From Eledone cirrhosa (lineage: Eukaryota), in NCBI GenBank assembly GCA_964016885.1, contig OZ024752.1, positions 4,650,001 to 4,714,000 of the forward strand: 64,000 bases of DNA, written 5' to 3'. Numbering within the stretch: position 1 is the stretch's first letter; every line of letters starts with the position of its first letter. Below the pieces are notes generated by a model. The model worked only from the letters and a program-made list of their open reading frames with translations. It was not told the origin of the DNA and did no database searches. Below are positions 53,801 to 64,000 of this stretch, piece after piece. Position numbers and translations under genes: made by a program.

Positions 53801-54535
53801 TTATTCCGATGTTGTGTTTATGTTGTTATGGTTTGTCTGTGACACCTGCCCGAATATCAAGGCAAAGAATATATTCTTCCTGGTGTGTCTACAGTTTATT
53901 AGGATTTCTGATCTCAAATTTATGGCCGATTTTAATTTAATGATCTCGGCCGATTCAGCCAGGCACAACCTGCAGTGGCTTCCCCCGGTGGGAAGTTGGG
54001 TCACGCGTCTCCTAACGGACCATTTGATCTGGTATTTCAGGTGCTTGTCCTTGAGGTCCCAGATCAAATTTGCTAGTCTGGTTTGGGAGGGTTTAAGTCT
54101 GTGATTGAAGGAGCTTCTATGGTTGTAAAGTTACTCCTTAAAGGTTGTTAAGGTCGCGCCTATATAGGTGTATTCATTTCGGCCATCACACTGGTACACA
54201 ATGTTCTTGATGAGGCACTCACCTCTCAGTAGGCATTCCTTCAGCGTTTTGCAGTTGCACCTGGAGGTTATAGAGCTGTTATGTTGCCGGCTGGTCAGAT
54301 TTTGGTTGGAGTTAGCATGTAGTTGAGCGTTGTTATGTATTATCTGTGCGGTGTTATTTTGGACTGTGCTAATGGTTGCTTGTGTTTGCATATTTTGGTC
54401 CTATTTTGTCGGCTAGATTGGGTGTTGTGGAGAATGAGAATTTTACTGTGTGTCTGTTAAAGAGATTGTGGTATTTGTGTGTGGGTGGAAAGGATTGGTT
54501 GTGGGCCCTGAAGAATATTCCTGGTACTTGGGTAG
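53801..54535 (-). pseudogene. Second Penelope-like element: RT C-terminus plus GIY-YIG endonuclease, disrupted
   Basis: FPPTHKYHNLFNRHTVKFSFS, CNC..C.L.G.CL, NIVYQC..TYIGAT, premature stop at 54131, IWDLKD..IKW, CRLCLAE, NLRSE..CRH. Confidence 0.85.
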
Positions 54536-55026
54536 CAATGTGTATAGAGTACATAATATATGTATATATATCTATATACATAATATATATATACACATAC
54601 ATACACATAGGCATATATAAATCCTTAACATTTTTCTCCAATAGTTTCTTCATTAACATTTTCATTCTTCCACCACGAATGAATATTTAATTACAATAGC
54701 TTGATTTGTTATTTACAGCATCGTACATCTTCCTACAATCTGATTAAAACTTTAATTCATTGTTCAAAGAATTATCATCGAAATTAGGAACGTTCAGTCA
54801 ATTCACATTTTCTTCCTTTTTTATCATCCTTTTTGTTTTACCTTTCATCTCACATCACTTTTAACAGTCATCTATTATCATATTTCTTTTTATTGTCTTT
54901 TTGGTGGGGGTTGTTTTATGTTTTTGTTTTTGATAATTATTTTTTGTTTTCATTGCTTTTTGTTTTGTATTGTTTCAATAAGATGGTGTATTTATATTAT
55001 GTGTTTGTGAGTACATATATCTGTGC

Positions 55027-55060
<34 letters not shown>

Positions 55061-55203
55061 TGATGACATATATATAGATGGAAATATGTATATATGTGTG
55101 TACATGTGTTTGTGTGTATATACACACACATGCATCACGTAAATACTTACACATACATTATAAATAAATATATATATACACATATATAGACACACACACA
55201 CAC

Positions 55204-55234
<31 letters not shown>

Positions 55235-55554
55235 ATCATCATCATCATGTATATATATACATACATACATACATATGTACATATGTATGTATGTATGTAT
55301 GTATGTATATATTTATATATCTTCCTTGTGTAACCTTTCCAAAATGAGATTTCATCTAATTTGGTACCTATACAGAAAAGATAGATAAATAAAATAACTC
55401 ACCTCCCCTTCCCATTTCCTCCCCCTTTTCATTCTCCATGTCATCATCATCACCCTCATCTTTCTTTTCCACTCTCTTTATCTTTGCATATAATGTGATT
55501 TAATTCCTACTTGTTATTTTATTTTGGAATGTAAATATTTCTCATTCCAAGTGA

Positions 55555-55696
55555 TTTCTCAACCTTCTCTCCTACCCCTGCTCTTTTCTCTCCCCCTCTC
55601 TCTTTCTTTCTCCATCTCTCTCTCTCCACCTCTCTCCCTCTTTCTTTCTCCATCTCTATCTTTTTCTCTACTCCTCTCTCCTTTTCTCAATCTCTG

Positions 55697-55736
<40 letters not shown>

Positions 55737-55772
55737 ACTACCCCCTCTCTCTTTCCCCCCCCCCTCTCTACC
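55555..55772. repeat. CT-rich low-complexity tract
   Basis: Direct inspection. Confidence 0.85.
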
Positions 55773-55956
55773 ATTTAGAAATTAAATTGGATTGCTTTGC
55801 CACATTGTAATAGGCCGATGTTAAAGCTTCTTATTTAGCCTCACATGTCTCTTCAATATATCTACCTCTCTATTTTCCCATGCTTGCATTGGTGTATACA
55901 CACACACATGGCTTATAGTGCTAGAGATCAACAAACATGCTAAAGCCACCTCCCAT

Positions 55957-56268
55957 CAGGGCTGGATTAAGACCTTGCAAGGGCCTAGGGCACTTCAGGT
56001 TTGGAGGTGGGCCCTTTATATATAAAAAGATTAGAATACAAAGCAAACCCCAGTTTTACAAAGTCAGTTTGGCGGCACAAGTAATTGGAATTGAAAAGTT
56101 ATACATACAGGTATGTATAACTAAATTCAAAAATTCTAACCATCCTAAAACTAAAAAAAGCATAGCAGAGGGCAGAAATAAATTGCTACGTCCATCACTA
56201 GTTGGGCCCCCTCACTGCAGGGGACCCAGGGCAATTACCCGCTTTGCTTCCCATTAAATACGGCCCTT
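55957..56268. mobile_element. hAT-type MITE; a similar left-end fragment at ~56517-56575
   Basis: TIRs CAGGGCTGGATTAA / TTAAATACGGCCCT(T), flanks CCTCCCAT and AATCCCAT (6/8 TSD match), subterminal GGGCCC motifs. Confidence 0.65.
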
Positions 56269-56718
56269 AATCCCATGCTAAAGCCAGGCTTACTCTTGCA
56301 AGGGAAGAAGGCATAACAAACCTCTCTCTTTTTCCTTTATTGCTTGGAATAAAAGTGGGGTGGGGAATGGAAAAGATCTGAAAAATTAATAAGCACGGGG
56401 TGGGGGCAGGGTCGATTATTCCAGACTTGAGAGTAAATGTACTTGCCACATTATTTATTAATCTCTTGACACCATTGCATAAGCACAAGATCACAATTTT
56501 AATTTTTATTAGAGGTCAGGCGTGGCGCAGCCAGTCTGCCGGGGCCATGGGGCAGTCAATGCGTGAGGCCCCATTTGCACATAATAGTGAGAGATGGAGA
56601 CGATAGAGCCAGGGACAGTGGAAGTTTGGTTCTTTGGTGTTTGGAGCTGGTGTATATGTATATATTTCACAGTAAATATAGATGTAGTTGAAATATATTT
56701 TGAAAGTAATCTAGTGCT

Positions 56719-56946
56719 TTAACCCTTTAGCATTTGCACTACTTTATATATAGTATTGTATTTTTGTGAAAAAGGCTTTATCTTACAAAATATCTCACTT
56801 AATATTGAATCTATGAGATTTTGATATTATTTATTTTGAGAACAATACCTTAATGCCAGTATGAGCAGCTGGTTACAGCTGGTTTAAACAGAAAGGGATG
56901 AGAGAATTCTGGCCGGATATGGCTGGTTTAAATGCTAGAGGGTTAA
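56719..56946 (+). mobile_element. piggyBac-type MITE
   Basis: TTAA-CCCTTTAGCATTT ... AAATGCTAGAGGG-TTAA. Confidence 0.85.
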
Positions 56947-58159
56947 ACAACAATATTTAACTGCTACTTATTTTATTAATTCCACCATTAACTTGCCCGG
57001 AATGCGGAAAACCAGTGGAATCCAAAGGGATTTCAATTGAATACCTATAAAATTAAATGACTTATTTCCAGTTTGGAACAAGAAAAACAAACAAATAAAA
57101 ATACAAATAAAAATACAAACAACAACAATAGGCAGACAAAATTTTAAATGTCTAGAGAATTGAGTTCCTTTATTAATTTGAAAATACAGGTTGTGTTATA
57201 AGGCTTCAGTGGGTGGAACATTTTGGGTGGGATCTGATTCCATGCGTAGCATTTACTGCCATTATTTCTTTTAAGTTTTTCTTATGACTTCCATATTTAT
57301 TGACCCCATTTATAGACTAATTTTGAAGTCAGTCACTACCAAAACTTATGGCTTATCTATAGTTGTTACATCATTAATATTTTTCAATTTGCATGTCAGT
57401 CAAATCAGAAAAAGGGTCTCCATACAGTAGTGCCGAATCATCAGATGTATTCCCTGAAGGAATCTGATGAGTCCAGGTGGTGCCTAACCCGCCTACATGT
57501 CTAGTCTTTCAGTCTCTTTCCTGTACATACTGTGGCCCTTTATATATATATATATATATATACGTACATATATGTATATATATTTATATATGTACATATA
57601 AGTGTGTATGTATATATAATTATGTATATATAAGTATGTGTATATATATATATATATATATGCATATATATATATATATATATATATATGCATATATATA
57701 TATATATATATATATATGCATATATATATATGTGTATATATATATACGTATATATATATAATGTATATATATATTTGTGTACACATATATATATATGTAT
57801 GTGTATATGTATGTATGTATGTATATATATATATATATGTATGTAGATATGTATGTATATATATGATGTTGACTTGTTCTTCTTTTTGGTAAATATCATC
57901 TTGGTTAAGAGAGTGGGACTGGCTTTGTGCAGTGCCTTTGCTCACTATAAAAGCTTCACGGCACAGGCATTGCTTTATATCTGGAGATCTCTCTGCACTT
58001 GTCATCACATGGTACCATGGGCCCAGCACTATGTGTCAATAATTGTCACAAGTGTAGTGTTTGTACCAGAGTTTTCAAGTTTGTATCACAGGTTTCAAGC
58101 TGGACTAAAAAGTCACACTCATATGTATATATATATATGTGTGTATAAATATATATATA

Positions 58160-60290
58160 TCATCATCATCATCATCATCATCATCGTTTAACGTCCGTGT
58201 TCCACGCTTGCATGGGTTTGGACGGGGGTTTTCCCAGTTGAGGCAAGAGTGATTGTCTTGCTCGCATAGGACTGTTTGGCAGGTTTTCTACAGTTGGATG
58301 CCCTTCCTAACACCAACCACATTTACAGTGTGGGTCTGGGAGGTTTTTACCGTGTTGCCTACATGGCCACATTACAGCGTGGACTGTGTGTTTTTTTGTC
58401 GTGACACCTACACGATCTCATTTGTTTCGGCCTGGATGGTGTGGAACCAACATAACTTTACATAGAAGGGGGCGGTGTGGATGGGGTGGGGGTGGTGGGA
58501 CGGGGGTGTATTTTGTTAGAGATGCCTACTGACTGTAGTAGGTTTTACTTTGTATTTAGGTAAGGCGGGTCTTCTCTATTACTGAGTACCGCCAAAGGTC
58601 TCGGTCCAGTGACATTGTCTTGGTGAGGTGTAACTGTGTGAGGTCGGAGTTTATCAGCTCGTCCCAGGTTTTTCTGGGTCTGCCTATTCCGTGGCTACCG
58701 TCTATCTTTATTGCCCTGCACTTTATTATACAGCTATCGTCCTTCATGCGCATCACGTGACCATACCAACGTAGCCTTCTCTCGAGTAAACAACATCTGA
58801 TCCCTCTTATTTCTATTTTTTTCCTTAGTTCGTTTATGCTTTGTCGTTCACGTATATTACTATTACACATCCAGCGGAGCATGCAAGCTTCGTTTCTCTC
58901 TAGTCTGCGTATATCCTCTGCACACAATGCCCAGGTCTCACTGCCATGCAACATTGCTGTTCGTATGCAGGCATCGTACAACCTGCCTTTCATTTTTAGG
59001 GAGAACCCTTTAGCGGCTAATAGTGGTATAAGCTCTCTGAACTTTTTCCACCCAGTTCTGACTCTAGCTACTGTACTTTCAGAGCACCCTCCCCCACTGC
59101 TGATTTTGTCACCCAGGTAACGGAAGCTGTCCACTATTTCTATAGAACCCTCTGCGCAGTTTAAAGAGCTAGTATTTTGTGGGCACTTGCTGCTACTTAT
59201 TGCCCCAGAACACCGGCCACATGTAAAATCTATGTTCTTAGTTAGCTTACCTGTGATCCCACTACATCTTTTATGAACCCAAACTTTGCATTTGGGACAC
59301 AAAATGGAATTTCTACCTACGCCTTTCCTACACTCTGCGCATGGCCACTTCCCGGAGGGGACCGCCGCCTTATTTTCTTTCTTACAAACTAGAACTTTAG
59401 TCTTAGCCAGGTTAATTTTAAGGCCTTTTGATTCTAGCCCGTGCTTCCAAGTTTGGAATTTCTTCTCTAGCTCGGCCATTGATTCAGCTATGAGCGTTAG
59501 ATCATCTGCATATAGGAGTTCCCATGGGCAGCCGGTCTTGAACTCCACTGTTATAGCCTGGAGGGCAATAATAAATAGTAGGGGGCTGAGAACAGAGCCC
59601 TGATGAACACCAACTTTTACACTAAACTCTTCACTATATTCGTTGTTAATTCTAACCTTGCTGACTGTTTCTTTATACACGGCTTGTATAGCTCTCACAA
59701 GCCATTCATCGACACCTAGTTTTCTAAGAGCCCACCAGATAATGGAACGGGGGACTCTGTCGAAGGCCTTCTCCAAGTCGACGAAAGCTAAGTATAGGGG
59801 TTTACTTTTAGCTAGGTACTTCTCCTGTAGTTGTCGTACAATGAAAAGAGCGTCTGTGGTACTTTTTCCTGGCACAAACCCGAACTGCATTTCATCTAGA
59901 TCGATTCGCTCTCTGATTAGTTGCGCTATTACTTTTTCCGTGACCTTCATGACCTGGTCTATTAATTTAATGCCTCTATAGTTACTCCTATCTAGGGCAT
60001 CTCCTTTACCCTTATAACAGTTAACGATAATGCTGCTACGCCAGTCCTTCGGAACAACCCCATTCTGTATGAATTGGTTGACTATCCGGGTGACCATGGT
60101 GTGTCCCACCGTACCAGATGCCTTCAGCATCTCGGCAACTATTTCCGAAGGCCCAGCCGCCTTGCCTGTCTTCATATCTTTGATTGCCTTACTTATTTTA
60201 CTACCCTCGACTAACACTGCTGGTCCCTCTATTGGGTCGATGTGGGGGAGACTGCCTTTCTCCCATTTATTCTCCTCATTGAAAGGCTAC
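58160..60290 (-). mobile_element. RTE-clade LINE (family 3), 5'-truncated at (TA)n, ~370-bp 3' UTR, (TGA)n tail
   Basis: Long RT ORF, no AP endonuclease retained, trinucleotide tail typical of the RTE clade. Confidence 0.95.
58556..60217 (-). CDS. RTE reverse transcriptase (uninterrupted 553-aa fragment) with a PHD-like Cys/His finger
   Basis: [63 protein letters not shown]. Confidence 0.95.
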   Translation of the reverse strand: MLVEGSKISKAIKDMKTGKAAGPSEIVAEMLKASGTVGHTMVTRIVNQFIQNGVVPKDWRSSIIVNCYKGKGDALDRSNYRGIKLIDQVMKVTEKVIAQLIRERIDLDEMQFGFVPGKSTTDALFIVRQLQEKYLAKSKPLYLAFVDLEKAFDRVPRSIIWWALRKLGVDEWLVRAIQAVYKETVSKVRINNEYSEEFSVKVGVHQGSVLSPLLFIIALQAITVEFKTGCPWELLYADDLTLIAESMAELEKKFQTWKHGLESKGLKINLAKTKVLVCKKENKAAVPSGKWPCAECRKGVGRNSILCPKCKVWVHKRCSGITGKLTKNIDFTCGRCSGAISSSKCPQNTSSLNCAEGSIEIVDSFRYLGDKISSGGGCSESTVARVRTGWKKFRELIPLLAAKGFSLKMKGRLYDACIRTAMLHGSETWALCAEDIRRLERNEACMLRWMCNSNIRERQSINELRKKIEIRGIRCCLLERRLRWYGHVMRMKDDSCIIKCRAIKIDGSHGIGRPRKTWDELINSDLTQLHLTKTMSLDRDLWRYSVIEKTRLT

Positions 60291-60293
60291 TCA

Positions 60294-60733
60294 ATATATA
60301 TATATATATACATATATATGTATATATATGTATATATATATGTATATATATGTATATATGTATATATATATATGTATATATGTATATACATATATATGTA
60401 TATATATATATGTATATATATGTATATATATATATGTATATATATGTATATATATATGTATATACATATATATGTATATATGTATATGTATATATGTATA
60501 TGTATATATGTATATATATATATATATGTATATACATATATATGTATATATATGTATATATATATATATATATGTATATACATATATATGTATATATATG
60601 TATATATGTATATATATATATATATGTATATATATGTATATGCATATGTGTGTATGTATATGTGTGTATATATATATATGTATATGTGTGTATGTATATG
60701 TGTGTATATATATATATGTATATGTGTGTATGT

Positions 60734-60765
<32 letters not shown>

Positions 60766-60778
60766 GTGTGTATGTATA

Positions 60779-60845
<67 letters not shown>
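60294..60845. repeat. (TA)n/(TATG)n microsatellite
   Basis: Direct inspection. Confidence 0.95.
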
Positions 60846-60846
<1 letters not shown>

Positions 60847-61210
60847 TACAGTTGGCAGCTGAATCCTCACAAACTGTTGGTCTGATTTTCTTGTTGCAGA
60901 TTTATCATCATCATCATCAACATATGTCCAATTTGTATGCTGGCATGGGTGGCACCATCATAATAATTACACTTAAATATGTGTGTGTATGCATGTGTGT
61001 GTGTGTGTTTCTCTGTGTGTGTGTATGTGAGTGTGTGTGTGTATGTGAGTGTGTCTTTGGTATAAAATACCTGATTGAAATGTTAATATAAGTCACTTTT
61101 GGACAGGAAATTAATTTTCTTCATTAGTTTCTATAATATGTGAAACTGTGTGAATCCAGCCTGTCTTTATTACTTCTGTATTATGATGGACATGACAAGA
61201 GTAACAGTCA

Positions 61211-61396
61211 TGGTGGTGGTGGTGGTGGTGGCGGCGGTGGTGCTGGTGGTGGTGGTGCTGGTGGTGGTGGTGGTGGTGGTGCTGGTGGTGGTGGTGGTGG
61301 TGGTGGTGGTGGTGGTGGCGGCGGTGGTGCTGGTGGTGGCGGTGGTGGCGGTGGTGCTGGTGGTGGTGGTGGTGGTGCTGGTGGTGGTGCTCGTGG

Positions 61397-61427
<31 letters not shown>

Positions 61428-61903
61428 GGTGGTGCTCGTGGTGGTGGTGGTGGTGGTGATGCTGGTGGTGGTGGTGGTGGTGCTGGTGCTGGTGGTGGTG
61501 GTGGTGGTGCTGGTGGTGGTGCTCGTGGTGGTGGTGGTGGTGGTGGTGCTGGTGGTGGTGGTGCTGGTGCTGGTGCTGGTGGTGGCGGCGGTGGTGGTGC
61601 TGGTGGTGGTGGTGCTGGTGGTGGTGCTGGTGGTGGTGATGCTGGTGCTGGTGGTGCTGGTGGTGCTGGTGGTGGTGCTGGTGTTGGTGCTGGTGCTGGT
61701 GGTGATGGTGGTGGTGGTGGTGGTGCTGGTGCTGGTGGTGGTGGTGGTGCTGGTGGTGGTGGTGCTGGTGGTGGTGCTGGTGCTGGTGGTGGTGGTGCTG
61801 GTGGTGGTGATGCTGGTGGTGGTGATGCTGGTGCTGGTGGTGGTGCTGGTGGTGGTGGTGGTGCTGGTGGTGGTGCTGGTGGTGGTGATGGTGGTGGTGG
61901 TGG
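61211..61903. repeat. (GGT)n/(GCT) trinucleotide expansion, ~690 bp
   Basis: Direct inspection. Confidence 0.95.
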
Positions 61904-62280
61904 CGACTTATTTTGTAGTGACAGGCAGAGTTAATGTTGTTTTTGTTGTTTTGGTGGTAGTTTTGTAATGACAGGGGTTTTGATGGGGGCGGGGGGGGCA
62001 GTAGTTGTGTGTTTTGGTGGTGGTGTAGGTGGCAGTGTTTGTAGTGGTGTAGGCTGTAGTTGTAGCTATAGATTTTGTGAGAAGTTTATCAATATTCTAA
62101 TACAGTAATAGTTCCTGCTATTAGATCAGCTTACTGTGTCTAAGTATGAAGGTGGGCAGGCTACTTGTTCTACCTGAGTGTATGTGCCCAGCCAAACATT
62201 CACTTGCTGAAGCCCTAAGTTATATGAAATTTGAGGCCTGTCTTCAAAAATATTCAGGTAAAAACATTTGAAATAATTCA

Positions 62281-62622
62281 TTTCATTTTCATTTCATTTC
62301 ATTTTACGTCCGCTTTTCCCTGCTTGCAAGGGTGGGACGGGGAACTGATTCTGGCTTGATTTCTACTGCTGGATGCCCTTCCTAACACCAACCTCATTTA
62401 CAGTGAGTGCTGGGTGCTTTTTGCCGTGGCGCCTACACGTCCACTTTGCAGTGGAATGATAGGGAACCCAGTCCCTATCATCTCATTTCTACAGCTGAGT
62501 AAACTGGAGCAATGTGAAATAAAGTGTCTTGCTCAAGGAAACAACATATCACCCGGTCTGAGAATTGAACTCACAACCTTTCGATTGCAAGGCCAATGCT
62601 CTAACCACTAAGCCATGTGCCT
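62281..62622 (-). mobile_element. SINE family B, full length, (TGAAA)n tail
   Basis: Reverse complement of 36461-36808. Confidence 0.9.
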
Positions 62623-62666
62623 AATCATATATAATGATTATTATTTTTATATCAATGTTAATGATA

Positions 62667-62705
<39 letters not shown>

Positions 62706-62708
<3 letters not shown>

Positions 62709-64000
62709 TCATCATCACCATCATCATCACCGTTTTACGTCCGTTCTTCCACGCTAGCATGGGTTAGACGGGTTGTCCTGTTGTGGGCAGTGTCTGGTCG
62801 GCTGACCATGCCTTGCTCATACAGGAACTGATCTGGCTTGATTTCTACAGCTGGATGCCCTTCCTAACACCAACCTCATTTACAGTGAGTGCTGGGTGCT
62901 TTTTCGTGGCGCCTACACGTCCACTCTACAGTGTGGGCTGGGTGCTTTTTTGCCGTGGCACCTCCACGACCACCTTGCGGTGGGGGGGGGGGGCATATTG
63001 TTTATATGCTTCAGCATGTACCCATGGGAGGTCGGGTACCCTGTATTACTGCGTGACGCCAGAAGTCACGGTCGTGTGTCATTGACTTTGAGAGGTGTAG
63101 TTGGGTAAGGTCGGCTTTTATCAGCTCATCCCAAGTCATCTTGGGTCTCCCCACTCCGCGGTTTCCATCAACTTCTAGTGCTCTGCACCTTTTTATGCAG
63201 CTGTCATCCTTCATACGCATCACATGTCCATACCAGCGTAACCGCCTCTCCTGCACGCAGCATTTGATTCCTCTTATGCTCAGTCTCTCTCTCAATTCCT
63301 TTATGCTTTGTCGTTCACGTATATTACTGTTACACATCCATCGGAGCATGCAGGCTTCGTTTCTCTCTAATCTACGTAAGTCTTCCACCTTCAGCGCCCA
63401 GGTCTCACTACCATGCAACATCGCTGTTCGGATACACGCATCATACAGTCTGCCTTTCATTCTGAGGGAGAAGCCTTTTGCAGCTAGCAGTGGTAGTAGT
63501 TCCCTAAACTTCTTCCATCCCGTTCTTACCCTAGTTATTGTACTTTCTGAGCACCCACCTCCGTTGCTAATTCGGTCACCTAGGTAGCAGAAGCTGTCTA
63601 CTGTTTCTACAGGGCCCTCCCAGAGATTGGTGGTACTTGTTTCCTGTGGCTGTTTGCTTGCTGTTTCAGCACAGCTGCTGCATGTGAATCCTACATTCTT
63701 AATTAAGCTTCCTGAGATCCCGCTACATCTCTTGTGTACCCATTGTTTGCACTTGGGGCAGAGAATGGAGTTCCTACCTACACCTTTCCTACATACTGAG
63801 CAAGGCCATTTCCCTGAGGGGATCTGGGTTCTGTTTTCTCGTCTACTTATAAGGACCTTAGTCTTTGTCATGTTGACTTTGAGGCCCTTTCTCTCTAGTC
63901 CCTGCTTCCAGGTTTGGAATTTATTCTCTAGTTCTACCATAGATTCAGCTATGAGTGCGAGGTCATCAGCATACAGGAGTTCCCATGGGCATCCGGTCTT
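62706..64000 (-). mobile_element. RTE-clade LINE (family 2), continues beyond the window
   Basis: Open frame from the window edge ([14 protein letters not shown]) to the stop at 63011, 3' UTR and (TGA)n tail. Confidence 0.95.
63011..64000 (-). CDS. RTE reverse transcriptase C-terminal half with a PHD-like finger (partial)
   Basis: Closely similar to 58556-60217, no stops within the window. Confidence 0.92.
   Translation of the reverse strand, partial: KTGCPWELLYADDLALIAESMVELENKFQTWKQGLERKGLKVNMTKTKVLISRRENRTQIPSGKWPCSVCRKGVGRNSILCPKCKQWVHKRCSGISGSLIKNVGFTCSSCAETASKQPQETSTTNLWEGPVETVDSFCYLGDRISNGGGCSESTITRVRTGWKKFRELLPLLAAKGFSLRMKGRLYDACIRTAMLHGSETWALKVEDLRRLERNEACMLRWMCNSNIRERQSIKELRERLSIRGIKCCVQERRLRWYGHVMRMKDDSCIKRCRALEVDGNRGVGRPKMTWDELIKADLTQLHLSKSMTHDRDFWRHAVIQGTRPPMGTC

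Noticed and set aside
57435-57490. CTGATGAGTCC hammerhead-like 5' half inside a small inverted repeat
   Set aside because: No GAAA or NUH partner found downstream.
58836-59981. Plus-strand ORFs overlapping RTE elements (also 47398-48542, 63141-63587)
   Set aside because: Antisense shadows of the RT frame.
61140-61968. Gly/Ala-rich ORF resembling a structural protein with a signal-like start
   Set aside because: Almost only GGT/GCT codons, identical in kind to other GGT tracts here. Cannot be fully excluded without RNA data.

Overview
AT-rich, microsatellite-dense animal genomic DNA with no recognisable host protein-coding gene. The repeat complement suggests a coleoid cephalopod such as Octopus (inference, not a database result). 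Almost all ORF-track entries are translations of microsatellites or antisense frames of retroelements. Real coding remnants are RTE-clade LINEs (best: 58556-60217 and 63011-64000, minus strand), two Penelope-like GIY-YIG fragments and a CR1-group 3' end. Other elements include three tRNA-derived SINE families, a piggyBac-type TTAA MITE family, Helitrons, hAT and Tc1-type MITEs, minisatellites and a 200-N gap. The main finding is at 91-3050: a near-perfect 310-bp tandem array folded into a palindrome with ~1.4 kb arms. Every unit carries a minimal type I hammerhead ribozyme (10 copies, 5 per strand), which is the architecture of a non-LTR retrozyme or Penelope pLTR array predicted to yield 310-nt self-cleaved, possibly circular RNAs. 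About a dozen further hammerhead-like motifs from several distinct families are scattered through the window, mostly next to (TA)n tracts. One has a minisatellite expanded inside its loop II, and one is flanked by a Helitron that contains a nested MITE.
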